Source: Phoronis australis (Eukaryota > Animalia > Phoronida). Taken from it: a stretch of 64,000 nt of DNA. The first letter of the stretch is position 1. Every line of letters starts with the position of its first letter. Below, in pieces: positions 24,501-38,767 of this stretch. The DNA lies in the NCBI GenBank assembly GCA_002633005.1, contig NMRA01000066.1, positions 1,125,704-1,189,703 of the forward strand, in the 5' to 3' direction. Both the position numbers and the translations under genes were made by a program. The notes beneath the pieces are model-generated. The model had not been told where the DNA came from. It made no database searches and saw only the letters and a list, made by a program, of their open reading frames with translations.

Positions 24501-27500
24501 GAACGGCTTGCTGTAAAGCTGGAAAAAACGAAAACCAGTCGTGTATTTAACGGAACTTGTTTTGAGCAATTCCATTTGTGAAGGACGCACAGTGAACATT
24601 CTGATCAACTGTGAAAAATCGACATCAGAGGAAAGCAATTAAAATAACTTTAATCGTTAGTCGGGTTTCATTGGTATCTTTTAAAGAATTTATCCACTTG
24701 TGTCTAATTTCCTTGCCTAGGTGGGAAAATTGCCTTTAAAAGAGTGTGATTGACGGACGATGAAAATTTGAATTTTTGAAAAATCTTTTTTAACTTTAAT
24801 TTTCTGTGAATTTTGAAAATTGTTTTTTGCTTTATATTAGTTTCGAATGTCCGATAGGCAGCATTGTCACCACAAAATCTCAACCGCTCCTTAAAGGGAC
24901 TTGGAACGCGACATCTTGTCAAAAATATCATTTAAACAATTCATGACGGAACTGCCATCTCCCAACGTCTATTACAGAGATGAGGGAATTTCCAGAAAAT
25001 CACAAAATTTATGATTTTTGGAATAGGCGGGAAGGAAAAACTCTGTGGTCACCACAGAGTTTCTAATCTCCTTTTCATGCGCTCACAGTCATTCCACAAA
25101 CAGCTGACTGACAAGATGGATATTAACGGTTAGATTATCATGTATGTTCGCATTCCAATGTCGACAGCGCAGTATGAGGCAGGCCAGTGAAGCAAATAAT
25201 TTTCCAAAATCATTTAAATTGCATTTTAGAATATATTAAATTACCACGACACTTTTATTACTAATTTTAAACAGTCAGGACTTAATTGGTTAATCGATTG
25301 CTTCCTATCTGCTGCTTGAAATCGTTCCATAAGGGAAATGTGCTACGTTTATGTTATGCCCGTACCAAGTAATTAGACGTGCTTTGCCTTGTTGGAGAAA
25401 AATCGACGAAGTGACGAGCAGTTGACAGATAGGTTTTTTGAAATTTGAAACCAAAAGAAAATATGCTTTGACGTAAATGAAAATTCAAAATATTTACGAG
25501 CAAACCGTTGAATTCTGATTCTGTACCAGAGAATCACTTCGAATAATGCAATTTAGTCTGTAGATCGCGTTCATCCTCCATAATGCCAAAACAACTATTA
25601 AATCTGTACACATTATGTACTTTAGAAAAATGCGAGGCCATTTTGTTTTGTTTTGTTCTTTGTGTATAAAGTCGATCTCGTGCAGCTGTTGAAACAACCG
25701 ACTGTGATGTCGGGTCACCCTTTTCTATACACGCCGCTGTGGTATTATAATCCGAAGTTTAAGCTTTCCCTTTGAACATACTATCTATACTTTAGTTGTC
25801 CAGTAACTCTGGAAAACTGATTGCAAGACCAATGTCCTGTCACGTCTTCTACAATAATGATTGTTGAACGCCATTTTCACCCACATTCACTCGTTTGCGA
25901 TTGTAAACTAGCGTTAGATCATGTCGCATGCAAAGTAGAACATAAAATAGTTATTGAACCTTGTCCCGACTTTCGTCGAGACCTTTCAGATGCCATTGCC
26001 CGAGTCACTGATTTGAATTCTGGCTGAACTCAATCGACGGTTTGATTGATTCGTCCCTGGCTGATTTCAAAAGAACACCTCTCAATCACTAACATCAGCT
26101 GCTGACCATAGCAGTGCTAAGAATACAAAAATAATCGCAATAATGAAGATATTCAGTGTTAGTTTTAGACTCAATAAAGCGAAACACCGTGTTTTACGAT
26201 AATGAATTTCTTCGTAATTGCAGCAATTGCCGCTGTTTTTTTTTCTTCTCACCACACAGTCAAGCCGTAAACAATTGATTAACCACACAATAAAAGAGGT
26301 CAGGGCTGTATAATTGGCTGTTTTTTAAGATAAATGAAAATTTGATGATTTTTGAGAAGCAGCGAGGAAACTGCAACTCACGAAATATGTATTGTAGTTT
26401 AAGAAGAAACTCCTTGACGTGTTGGTCGGGGGAAGTGGGAATTAAATTTGAACAGCTATGGAGCAGGTGAGCGTCAGCGACATTGTTTGAAATGACACTA
26501 CGTGCACACCACGAAAATGATATTTCGTTTAGTGCAGACTGAAGATTACCAACTCTCATCCTTGTACTTAGTGGAAAAATTGGTGTATACAACCGGGCAT
26601 CTTTGGATGGCTGACCAGGGTCAAGAAAACGGGGTCAACTGAATACGGTTCAAGAACAGGGTTTTTAGGTGAGAAAACGAGTTTTATGTGTGAAATGTTA
26701 CGAACTTGTGATTGTACATGTTTACTTTTACCCAGTACTTAATGAATCAGCGCCCAAATGCTCAATGCCGCTTGTTAAGAGCACTCGCAATAACACTACG
26801 GTAAGCAAACGAGTTCGCCCTTATCTGAAGGATGAAAATTGCGCATGCGTATACATTTTTTTTACGATTATTCACTTGTTTTTGTGTGTAAAGTTTGATT
26901 GTTTTGGTGCTAATTATAAAAACAATAAATTGAAGTAAGCATGTTTAAAAAACAAGGGAATTATTTGACGGAAATAAACACCCCTTTACAACTAGACGCG
27001 ACTTCGTTTTACGTGGCGTACCATGTGTGCGCGTATTTAGATGTAGGTTGCATACGCCTAAGCTCCAGTTATAGGAGCTTAGCAGGTGGTTTTCCCTTGT
27101 ATATGCGGATGGTATTTTCTGTGTCTTTTGAAATATTCATTTAAATATAGTTGATGTTCGACACGTGAACGTACGTTGCTTTGGAGCTCACGTGGAATTA
27201 CAAAAAGTTACACTTTGATTTTGTCCAAGTGTTTCGCACGTGCCTAAATCCGGCTATAAGCAAATTATTTTTTTATAGCCAAACATAAAAGCCTACATAC
27301 GAGCATAAGCGGTAGTGTGTTCAAATGAAGTTTCTAACGATTTTCTACGTGATAAGAAACGAATTCTCTGATTTCTTGGCACAGTATTATTATGTCATGA
27401 TTTTAAGACATGTTATAATGAGACTTAGCGTCTGTTCACCTTATCTGGTTACCACATAAATTGATCCCCTCATTACGTTATAGGACAGCTTTAATTATCT

Positions 27501-28268
27501 AATGAACCTGACGCTTTTCTGAAGCTCTTTTAGAAAGAACGATACGAAGAATTCGAATATCAAAAGGTTCACTAACGATACCAGAACACCTTGCAAATGC
27601 GGCGGCAGATAGATTAGTCATTCATCCACCTAAATCATATCGCATTCGAGCACAGATCATGGACAATTATCTAAAAGGGTCTATAACCCACCCCCCCTTC
27701 TCGACCACTTACCGCTGTAAATCTGGTACTAAGTTGTTCCTTACTCGGATTAGAGGCTACTCTTGAGATGTGGAGACTGTGACAGGTCGTTATTACTTGA
27801 GATCCGGCTCGATAAGTTGGCGTCTCACGGCGTATCATTTTATGCGACGAGAATGGTCTTCAAAACTATACTGTACTATCCGTTCTTCTACAGCCCGGAA
27901 ATTACTCCTCATCTGAACGAGGCCCTTCTGCGTTCACGGTGAGAAATAATTTTAGACTAATTTTATTGTGGAAATTGCTCTAAGTGAAAAGTTAGTTTTT
28001 TGACCGCAAAAGGAGAACTGACTGTTACTTTAGTTTTGAACTTGAATGTAGAACACTTCGCTTGCTCGTCTGCATAAAAAATCGAGCGGTATCAATAAGA
28101 CATTATCTTTCCAGGTGATCTGACGGGATTTTGAAAGAAAATGCAGGGGGTGTAAAATCAGTCCTAAATATTTGTTAATTTTTTCTGTCACCAAATGGAA
28201 ACGTTAGCCAAAAACTAATTTACTAGTAAAATTTCAGGCTTACATAAGGGTGGAAAATCAGTTTAGTG

Positions 28269-28374
28269 CAGAGACGGATCTGTAGCTTTAGCGAGGCTCT
28301 TTTTATGGCTGGAGGTTTGGAACCCTCGAGTCCCCATAGATCCGCCCCCTGAGCCCCATGTAGATCCGCCACGT
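28269..28374. mobile_element. Short MITE with ~5-bp TSD
   Basis: cagagacggatc ... gatccgccacg, with tagtg on both sides. Confidence 0.6.
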
Positions 28375-29992
28375 TAGTGGCCAGATTGTAAACTCAAGAG
28401 CGAGGCTGTAGTTTGGACCTATGAATTCAAATGCCTGGCGACGTTTTGCTACATTTTAGTTTATATTATCCCGCAACAATTTATAATGGAAAGCAATAGA
28501 ACTTAATGAAGAATTTGAATTCCACTTGCTGCAACACAAAATGGCCGCCGGTGTGAATGACCTCGACCTTCACGTGTTATAAATTTATACCACGTTCGGA
28601 TGTGGAATTTGATGGGAAGGTATAGGTACATGTAGGGCGTCTGATGAGACAGCAGCTCAGCGTTCACAGACCAGTCGTCCTAGCAACCATTTTACGAGTA
28701 ACTAGCATAACACTTATGTGCAAAATGATAATGTTCTGGCCAATCACAGACGATCACAATGGGCGAACGAGCCCTAACCACAGGTTACTCGTTCTCAAGT
28801 TCAGAAGGTATATCTTCCTTCTGATTTAGTGGCGTCTGACAAGAGTTCACATCTTATTTGCATTCTACGAAGGGTTCGTAAACGAGAACCTTTTTGGGGG
28901 TAAAAGTGCTTGTTAACGGTTACCAATTTATTAAGGCTTACACAAAAAGATAATACTAAAAATGCAGCCCGGAAACCGCAGTGAGCAATATATCCAAGCT
29001 TTAGAAAATGAACACACAATGATCACTATACACAAGAATAAGAGAAAAGAGACATTGACTTGCCACAAACCAAAAGTGTTTGTTCTACGCTCAAAGTGTG
29101 TTATTTTACACGAAGAACTTGTCATTTTATGAAAAATAAAGATAACACGCCACGTACCCACATCCGGCTTGTATTCACATTGTCTAGGTAACTTTGATTG
29201 CCACACACCAATTCTGAGGATTGTTGACGATTGCCTAATCAAGCGAGCATGTTAATGAGGGTACTACTCACGTGGTGAACAACAACTAGCTTTCGAACTA
29301 CTGTACACCTAACCTCAATTGAACATTTGGAACCACATATTATTATTATGAATATGCAATTAAAAGTCTTCCTGATCCTACGTCTTTAGTCTTTGATTGG
29401 ACATGATTCAGTGCGCACACTGGAATAAAGTACGCGCATCTATTCTGCACCTTGAATAAGCACATTTTAACGAGCAGGAAGATACTCGTTTAAGAACCAT
29501 TTGGAGTTTCATACTTCTCACTGGACGACATGTGAACACTGTTAGTATTAAAAAAAACTGATAAAGGAGATACACAAGGAGACAAGGGAGTTATTTATTT
29601 TAGTTCCAGTTGCTGAAATATATGTTGTGTTCTAAAGCCGGTGAAAACAAAGCAAATCATCTTTTAAAATAACAGCCAGGGGTAAGAAGTAGAATGGCAA
29701 GAAAAGGGACCAACAGAACAGTCATCGGGAATCAGCAACTCCGCAAAACTGCAGCAGTGATTTAGCTCCTTCATGCTGGGTCGCGAAAGATGCCAAAAAA
29801 ACTGTGTTGAAACCTGAGATTGGTAGTATTTGGGCATTTGAAGCTGAAATTTACGCCATGCTACACGTGTACGCCACATGTCGGTCGCTTCATCAAAGTA
29901 AAATCTCATTACCAATTGCAGGCGGCATAACGCAAATGAAAGTTTATTACAAAATCAAGGCAATCACACGGAGTGTATTTCACCTGCTTCAT

Positions 29993-30494
29993 CAAGGGGG
30001 AATCAACAATTGGTTTAACTTCAAAACCATCAGTTCGGACTTTAAAACCAAATGGCTGGACTGCAAAACCCAGTGGCCAGTGCTCTAACTTGATAATTGG
30101 ACCACAAAACAGGTTAGCCCGTACCTCAAAACCAGATGGCCGCACCTAAAATTCTGGTTGGCCAGACCTAAACCGGATTGGCCGGTGCTCAAACACAGAG
30201 GCAGAACAAATCGCCGGTTTGAACAAAAGGGTAAGAAAAATAAACGCTCGATGTCACTTGAATCCTGCGAGACATTCAAAGCGAGTTTCTGAGGAAGTCC
30301 GACCGTCGTGTTTGATAATCGGCCAACTGGTTACATGTATAGCACAGGACATCGTGTTTTAGGTCCAGTCAACTAGTTTTTTGGGTGAGACCATCGTGTT
30401 TGATCACTGGCTATTTGGTTTTTCAAACCAGCCTACTGGATTTGAAGTCCGGGCAAGTGATTTTGAAGTGCGATCAATTGTTGATTCCCCCTTG
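29993..30494. mobile_element. MITE with perfect 20-bp TIRs and ~21-bp subterminal repeat arrays
   Basis: caagggggaatcaacaattg ... caattgttgattcccccttg; flanks ttcat/tacat; internal degenerate aaacc...ggcc..ac..caa units, inverted in the right half. Confidence 0.85.
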
Positions 30495-31222
30495 TACATG
30501 TGAATTTTGTGAACCCGTTTTATCTTAGCATTTCTTAAATATCGATTGCGCATGTGTTTTAACAGAACATTATTAACTTCACGAAACAAAAAGAAACTCG
30601 GAAAAAAGTAAACTGCGGGGCACTATATCTGAACTGTATGTTTTACGCAAACTATAAATAAAATTTATTGAACTTGGGCAGCTGGATTAACTTTGCCGAT
30701 GGAATTGAGAGATTAGTGTGAGAGAAGTTTGCTTTTTCTGCATGAAGTTACTTGAAATCCCTTTTTAAACGGGTATCCGTGCACATTGACGTAAGAATAA
30801 TTTACATCCTGGGATTATGTTCGAGGTGCCGCCAGCGACGTGTATTGATCACGAAGTTTTAAAATCCTTGGATTGAAAAACTGAAGAACGGTCAATTTTG
30901 AGGCGTTAATATCAACACCATCCTTTACGTATGAGCGGAAAGTCATATTTTAGCAGAATAGATATTTTTACAAATTAGTACATGTAGAATCCAATTGAAA
31001 ATTGTCGATTCTTCATCTGGCGTAATAAATTATGAAAAAATCTATGTACTCATCTCTGTACGATTGTTGAAAATATGCTCTGATATTCTAGGCTGCAGTC
31101 TACAAAAAGGATACGTATTCGATTTGATAATATTGATTTTATAAAGAAAGTTTTACGTAACTGAAGTTCCATGTTGAATATTATATTGTAAACCAAATAG
31201 AATTGTTATGTTTAGTAGTGTA

Positions 31223-31289
31223 CGAGACAGCACGAGCATTTACTGTCCAAGACAGCGCGAGCATTTACTGTCCGAGACAGCGCGAGCAG
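31223..31289. repeat. 25-bp tandem repeat, ~2.6 copies
   Basis: cgagacagcgcgagcatttactgtc unit. Confidence 0.85.
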
Positions 31290-31556
31290 AAATATAGTAA
31301 AACCAACGTCTGGTTCAACATACGGGTTCCATAATAGTCAACATACCAGCACATGCATAAATACATAATAAGATTGATGTGACACTAGAACTGCTTTCAG
31401 CTTTGCTCTATGCAGTAGAGGCCGCAGGCGCTTTAATTATGGTGGTGGGTACTCTCTCTTATATCCAGGTACCCATTACCACAACCATCACGACCAATAT
31501 CAGCATCCCCACCATCATAAAAGTGATAGCAGGAATGTTTTTTAAAAGACAATTGA

Positions 31557-31853
<297 letters not shown>

Positions 31854-32339
31854 TGATTCACTTTTCTAGCTTAACACTCCCTGAATATCCATCGTTCCCT
31901 AGTCGTCACCACTTACCCTTCCCTCCACCGCCTTGATGTCACTAATTCCTTTGTCCCAATAATCACCGATTCTTCGAATAAACCTGATGCTGACTGCAGT
32001 GGTAACCAAACTTTCGATGCAGATTCCAATTTCTGTCAGAAAGCTATTTTCGATGGCGTTTAAGTACAGAAAAGTCTTCTTCGAATGGATTTTATTATTC
32101 TGGATTCATTGGAGTATTCAGGCAGCCTTAGCAATGCTTTAGCAAAACGCAAAGACGCAATTCAAACATTCAGAGCATGCAGGACATCAAATGATACATA
32201 CATGTATGCGTGAAGTAGCCTTGTCCCGCCATATTGCGTCACCGCGAGAGCAGAGCAAACAAAGACGGAAAGTACCCACGATGGAAGTGTGCACATGTAT
32301 CTGCCTACTAGTATGAAGAGCATAGCACCAATGTGTGCG

Positions 32340-33159
32340 CAGTGGCGGATCTAGGATATCATAAGGGGGGGGNNNNNNNNNNNNNNNNNNNNNNNNNNNN
32401 NNNNNNNNNNNNNNNNNNNNNNNNNNNNNNNNNNNNNNNNNNNNNNNNNNNNNNNNNNNNNNNNNNNNNNNNNNNNNNNNNNNNNNNNNNNNNNNNNNNN
32501 NNNNNNNNNNNNNNNNNNNNNNNNNNNNNNNNNNNNNNNNNNNNNNNNNNNNNNNNNNNNNNNNNNNNNNNNNNNNNNNNNNNNNNNNNNNNNNNNNNNN
32601 NNNNNNNNNNNNNNNNNNNNNNNNNNNNNNNNNNNNNNNNNNNNNNNNNNNNNNNNNNNNNNNNNNNNNNNNNNNNNNNNNNNNNNNNNNNNNNNNNNNN
32701 NNNNNNNNNNNNNNNNNNNNNNNNNNNNNNNNNNNNNNNNNNNNNNNNNNNNNNNNNNNNNNNNNNNNNNNNNNNNNNNNNNNNNNNNNNNNNNNNNNNN
32801 NNNNNNNNNNNNNNNNNNNNNNNNNNNNNNNNNNNNNNNNNNNNNNNNNNNNNNNNNNNNNNNNNNNNNNNNNNNNNNNNNNNNNNNNNNNNNNNNNNNN
32901 NNNNNNNNNNNNNNNNNNNNNNNNNNNNNNNNNNNNNNNNNNNNNNNNNNNNNNNNNNNNNNNNNNNNNNNNNNNNNNNNNNNNNNNNNNNNNNNNNNNN
33001 NNNNNNNNNNNNNNNNNNNNNNNNNNNNNNNNNNNNNNNNNNNNNNNNNNNNNNNNNNNNNNNNNNNNNNNNNNNNNNNNNNNNNNNNNNNNNNNNNNNN
33101 NNNNNNNNNNNNNNNNNGGGGGGGGGGCGGGCCCCCTGGCCCCCCTAAATCCGCCTATG
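32340..33159. mobile_element. G/C-run MITE with 5-bp TSD spanning the assembly gap
   Basis: cagtggcggat ... atccgcctatg, with GTGCG at 32335-32339 and 33160-33164. Confidence 0.7.
32373..33117. other. Assembly gap (N run)
   Basis: Run of N between poly-G stretches. Confidence 1.
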
Positions 33160-33360
33160 GTGCGGGTGTGTTTTTCGCAGTTGTTTGAATCAATTGAGCA
33201 TTCTCGCGGTCACTTAGACAAACGTGAAGTAATAAGACCTAAAGTTCGTTACAAATGACAATTTATGGCTACAGTCAGAGTGATGAAACATATCGTAAAG
33301 CAATCTTACATACATGTATGTTACTGTTCAAGATAGGCTTTAATGTGTTTCCTTTTTCAG

Positions 33361-34216
33361 GTTGCAAATCTTCTTCGGTTGTTCAAAATTCCACAAATAA
33401 GTTACGCCTCCACGACTGCCGCGTTGAGCGACAAAAGCCGTTTCGACTTATTTGCCCGGACAGTTCCTCCCGACACCTTTCAAGCCAAAGCAATTGTTGA
33501 TATAGTCACGTTCTTAAACTGGACTTACGTTTCCACGGTAGCTTCGGCCGGCGATTATGGAGAAAATGGTATCGATACCTTCACGAAAGAGGCTCGCTAC
33601 CGAAATATCTGCATTGCCGCTGACGAAAAGATCCCTTTCAACAGCACACGTAAGCATTTCGATGACATCATAGAGGCGTTAAAACTCAAGGAAAATGCAC
33701 GTGGAGTTGTCTTGTTCACGCGCATGGAGGATGCCAGAAGTCTCTTAAGAGCGGCCACGCGTAAGAATGTAACGAATCAGTTTGTGTGGATAGCCGCCGA
33801 CGGTTGGGGACGAGAGGAGACCCCGGTCAAAGAGAACAATTTGGCAGCGGAGGGTGCCATCACGCTCGACTTACAAACTGCGTATTTGACGGCATTTGAT
33901 AGTTACTTCAGAAATTTGACTCCAGCTGAGAATATGCGTAATCCCTGGTTTAAGGAGTACTGGGAGAAAATACATAAGTGTTCTTTCGATGAGGATTCAA
34001 AACGGAGAGCCTGCACTGGTAATGAAAAATTGTCCGCAACTACATACAAACAAGAGAGTAAACTTCAGTTCGTTTATGACGCGGTCTATGCACTGGCCTA
34101 CGCAGTGCAAGATGTGTTGGTTGAAGGTTGTCCAGGAGAAAATGGCGTCTGCTTTAACAGTTCAAGACTAGACGGAAATGCCATCTATCGGCGCTTGCTG
34201 AATGTGTCTTTTACAG
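33361..34216 (+). CDS. GRM3: Group II mGluR exon 3 (Venus flytrap domain)
   Basis: tttttcag|VANLLRLFKIPQISYAST..LSDKSRF..FARTVPPD..WTYVSTVAS.GDYGE..WIAADGWG..NMRNPWFKEYW..QESK..LLNVSFT g|gtatag. Confidence 0.97.
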
Positions 34217-34722
34217 GTATAGTATGATATGATAAGAAAAGTATTTTGATTAGCATTTGTAACACAGTTTGTGTAAATATATTCATTGCATGAAGAACCA
34301 AAGAAAGCTGGTTTTCAGAGCACAGCTCTTAACTTATTCATAGCCAAAGAATTCTATTCCGTCTGATATAAGTCATGTAAAAAGTTCTTAAAGAAAATAG
34401 AATTCAAAGCACATATCGTGAATTTATATTATTTTGATATCACTTTTCAAAAAATTAAATGCGCAGTCTGGTAGAGTTGTCGGACATTTTTTGCTGCACT
34501 TCGCCCTGTTTAAGAGGTTTCTTTGATTTTCCTGCATAGATGTGTTTTTTGCATTTATTTTCGCAAAAAACTGCAGCCAATATTAGATTGTCTAGACTTT
34601 GAACCACTTGACTTTTAGATGCCGCGGTTTTCGCAAACTCACTTTTTTCGGAATAATGTCTAACAACGCAGGTCTCTGATAACAGCTACCACCACAAAAC
34701 TGCTTAGGTTATGTAATTATCA

Positions 34723-34875
34723 GCCTCCCGTTCACTAACGCTAGGACCTAGCTTAAAAGCAAGACTTTGCGAGATTGCGCGAGATATTGCAGTGTATTTT
34801 AAATTAGAGCACGTGACCTTGACTAGCTTTTGGCTAGGTCCTAGCGTAAGTCCTAGCGTCTACTGAACGCACGTC
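34723..34875. mobile_element. Short MITE (same family as 15988-16137)
   Basis: cgttcactaacgctaggacctagc ... gctaggtcctagcg..tcctagcgtctactgaacg. Confidence 0.7.
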
Positions 34876-35203
34876 ATGTCTTTTCAAAGCGGATTTAGCC
34901 ATTTACGAGAGCGAGTTGCGTCGGTATAACTACGCTGCCGACTGGCTGAGATCAATTTTTGACATTCAGTTGATTAATTAGGAGCCATAAGCTTTTTAAG
35001 CTCAATTTTAGGTTTACGCTTAAAATCAATCAAAATTAAGCATGAATCAATGCCAAGCTTTTATTAGCAGTGCACGTACATGTACACTCCCAGCAGCCAA
35101 CAAATGATGAGCTTGCCGCTTCCGAGTCCAGGCGATTTCAGTTAACTTTGGCTAGTAACGGGAGTTATTAGGAATCTCCGATTTTTAACTTGATTACTAA
35201 AAC

Positions 35204-35462
35204 CATGCGCGCACCCAGCCTAAAATATAGGGGCGCTCGAATGCTTCGATATGCGGACCTTTTACTAAAAAAAATAGTCAACGAGGAATAAAAAGAAACG
35301 GGGCCACTAAGTTCAGGCCTGCCGATCGTGCATCCGCGCCGAATTCCTGTGGACTTTTGTCTCGTTTACTCGGACTTTTTGTTTCACCTTTTTGCCCAAT
35401 TTTCCAAATGGGGGGGGGGCGGCATGTTCGAGCCCCCAAGCCCCCCCCTGGGTGCACCCATG
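35204..35462. mobile_element. MITE with 5-bp TSD (hAT5-like)
   Basis: TIRs catgcgcgcacccag ... ctgggtgcacccatg; AAAAC at 35199-35203 and 35463-35467. Confidence 0.8.
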
Positions 35463-35728
35463 AAAACACCGCAAAGTTTACTGTTTCATTGCTCGTGTCA
35501 AAGCTACCAAAAACCACCCCAAACAAATCTCGAACATGCGTTTTAAAACTGCATTTTTTATAAAGACTTCATTTATATGCAAAGTTAGAATCATGCATGT
35601 AACAACGCGAACCTTTTTATGCTTCACGGTGTCCTTCAAAAATAACGAAAACTTTGTTAAATAGTACAGTGTATCAATCACCAAAACTCGACCTAATTAC
35701 ATCACGATCACCGTTACACCTATTTCAG

Positions 35729-36783
35729 ACACATATGGCGGGCAAGTAGAGTTTAACCAACAAGGAGACGGTCTGGGACGCTACAACATTTTCAATTATC
35801 AGAAAAACAAACAGACAGGTCGCTATGACTATGAAATTGTGGGAGAATGGTGGAACGACCGTCTTAATCTCAATGTGTCTCACATGGTTTGGGCCGGTGG
35901 AGTCAAGAAAATGCCAGAGTCTGTGTGTAGTCGACCGTGTAAACATGGCGAAATCAAGCAGGGAGAGTCTTGCTGTTGGGTGTGCACTGCCTGTCAGCCG
36001 TGGGAATACGTCAAGGATGAGCATACCTGCGCCGAATGCGGTGAGGGAAGTTGGCCCAATCCCGACATGCAAAGCTGCTATCGTCTGCCCGAGCAGTACG
36101 TGAAATGGGACTCGGTGTATGCGATAATTCCAGTCTGTCTGGCAAACATTGGTATTATTTGTACGTCTTGCGTGATATTGATCTTCATCAAACACAACGA
36201 AACTCCCGTCGTGAAGGCTTCTGGGAAGGAACTGAGCTTTTTACTTCTGATAGGTTGTCTCGTCTGCTACTTCATGACATTCACACTTCTGTCGAAACCT
36301 TCGACTTTTGTGTGCGCCTTTCAGCGATTCGGCGTTGGCTTCGGCTTTTCAATCATGTACGCATCGCTGCTAACGAAAACAAATCGAATCGCGAGGATAT
36401 TCGAGAATGCGAACAGAACTGCAAAACGGCCAGTTTTTATTAGTCCCAAGTCTCAACTGGTCATAAGCGCCATCTTCATATCTATCCAGGTAGTCATTGC
36501 TTGTATTTGGCTGCTGGTGTCACCTCCCGGTACTCGATATTACTTTCCCAATGAACAAAGAGATCAGATGGTTCTCAAGTGTGCAGCGGACGACGTATCT
36601 TTTCTTTTATCTCTTGCTTACAACATGGTTCTTATTATCACGTGCACCGTATACGCAGTCAAGACGAGAAAAATTCCTGAGAACTTTAATGAGTCGAAGT
36701 TCATAGGATTCACTATGTATACAACATGTATAATTTGGCTGGCCTTCATACCAATCTACTTTGGAACACTTAATTCTTTTCAG
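35729..36783 (+). CDS. GRM3: Group II mGluR exon 4 (cysteine-rich domain and TM1-TM6)
   Basis: tatttcag|(D)TYGGQVEFNQQGDGLGRYNIFNY..PESVCSRPC..CCWVCTAC..HNETPVVKASGKELS..LLTKTNRIARIF..KTRKIPENFNESKFIGFTMYTTCIIWLAFIPIYFGT..Q|gtaagt. Confidence 0.97.
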
Positions 36784-38427
36784 GTAAGTTAATACGCTGT
36801 TAATGGTTCTGTCTATATAATTCGACTAGTCGCACACGATTTTGTAGTTTTTTAAGCCACAGTCGTACACGACTAATGAGAGAGTGTACACAGGTCTTCC
36901 GACACGTCTTTTTCAGCGAAAAGTTATATACCAGTCGTTGAAACAGAGCACGTGTTATTTTTCTCCGTTTTTCCTTCAGCTCGAAAGGAGTCGTATAGGA
37001 CAATCATTACCCGGTTGTATGAAACAGTCCCAGAATTAGGGACTGAACTGCGTATTTTTGGACTCGTGAAAACATTGATTGCCCTTTCTTTTATTGTTTT
37101 AGTTTCATTGCTAAGTCAACTTTTGACTTTGATGCAAATCGAGAGTGAATTGTCAGTAATATCGAAAATAATTAAGGATGTTTTCATGCAACACCCCCAA
37201 TTTAAGGACTAAATCCCTATACATTTTCTATGAACTTTGGCTTATTTTTTATTTACATTATTAGAAAATTCACCACAGGGGGTAGACCATGGGTGACGCA
37301 GCGACTGAAAAAAGTGGAGACTATAGCCCCCCCAACCCCCTCGTAGTTAAATGTCTGATTTTTGAGCAATGACGGAGGACTGCCTATGGTGAACTTAATT
37401 ATTATCGGTATGTACTGAATTTAAAAAAATATGGCAACACCGTCACACACGCGTACACGCATGCACCAAAGTAGAAATTTGAAAACGTCTGCACTTTTTT
37501 GTACTCTGCCACTATCATTATTGCAGATAGCAAACCTACCATCTGCTGTTTTGTTTCTTGGTAGATTTTAAGGCATTCACAAGGGACAACGTTTTGGGAA
37601 CTCTCTCGTTGCTATATAGCCTAGCTAGGTATAGACATTTACTTCTAAACTCTCTTGTTATCCAATGTTGTAACCACCACGCGCGTTCAGTGCCGATGAA
37701 TAACATAAAGCCTCCTCTAATCGTCTGCAAGATCCTATCATCAAGCACCATTCGGGCAAAGTTGACCGGGTACGGCCCGATGATTACGTGAAGTAAAGTC
37801 AAAATTATTTCTGACTTAGTTATCATTGTAATTAGTAGTACCACTGAGTAGCTGCAACAATTTCGTTGTTGTTGTCCATCGATATCCCATCTTGAATGGA
37901 TGGGCCGGGGCTGGACCTTTTCCGCAGGGGGGATTCGATGGAACCCCCCGAACCCAACCTGGCTACGGGCCTACATTGGAAGTCTCGTTACATAGTGAGA
38001 ATTGGGGCGTCATCGCAATCTGATGTTCTGGCAGTGGGTTAACGTAGTTCAAGTTTATCAAGCTTGTTAATATACACTCCATAATTTGACCTTTGTCGAA
38101 TGTTTTATGAGGTTTTGGCAAAGCCGAGTTGCTCACTTAATTCAAGGAACGATACATTTTGTCGGAAATATTTTAAAAAATGCAACCTAAAAGTTCAATG
38201 TTATCTACATGCATGTCTTACATTACTCGACATGAATACAATGTTATGTCCAGAATAATTGTGTTTTATCACAGTCATTCAATCCAACCAAAAATGGTCC
38301 TAGATTTACATTAAGCATATTGACCTGAAGATTCATTTGCCGAGCAGCATTTAAGTGACGACAGTTCTGGGAAGTTTTGGAGTCAACTGTATTTTAGTAC
38401 ATATTCAGATTTTTAATGTTTTTCCAG

Positions 38428-38608
38428 ATACAGACAACAACATTATGCATATCTATCAGCCTCAGTGCCACTGTGGCCCTCACGTGCCTTTTCGCGCCAA
38501 AAGTCTACATCATCATTATGCAACCGCAAAAGAATGTTCGAAAATCGAATATGATGTCGGTTAAATATCAACGAGAGAGAAGCATCCACTCTTCATTTAC
38601 CCATAACG
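38428..38608 (+). CDS. GRM3: Group II mGluR exon 5 (TM7 and proximal C-tail)
   Basis: tttccag|[39 protein letters not shown]...THN g|gtaaga. Confidence 0.95.
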
Positions 38609-38675
38609 GTAAGATAACGATGTGAAAGTAGAACTCTTGAAACTTATGTGAAGATGTGTCTGCTTCCTGCAACAG

Positions 38676-38767
38676 ATATTGCAAATGTCGGATTCCTGAC
38701 GAAATTGAGACGCATTCGCAGGGGGTGGGAACGATTCCGTGGCCGCTCATATAAATTCCAGCTTTGA
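38676..38767 (+). CDS. GRM3: Candidate mGluR last exon A (DIANVGFLTKLRRIRRGWERFRGRSYKFQL*)
   Basis: Acceptor cttcctgcaacag after a 67-nt intron; phase-compatible, giving an 895-aa protein. Confidence 0.45.

Noticed and set aside
30020-30470. CRISPR-like or iteron-like regular repeats (also 31223-31289)
   Set aside because: Eukaryotic context, degenerate units without unique spacers; the first lies inside a TIR-bounded MITE
32333-33148. 271-aa ORF
   Set aside because: Artefact of the N gap inside a MITE
33361-34216. Possibility that the receptor is a non-glutamate class C GPCR (e.g. mXR/mangetout-like)
   Set aside because: Group II glutamate-contacting residues appear intact (RGIQR, SYSS, YAST, GDYGE, FTR, DGW, QESK)
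35725-36706. Antisense and alternative-frame ORFs over mGluR exon 4 (and 48940-49534 over the MTBD-like gene)
   Set aside because: Shadow ORFs of real coding exons with no recognisable motifs
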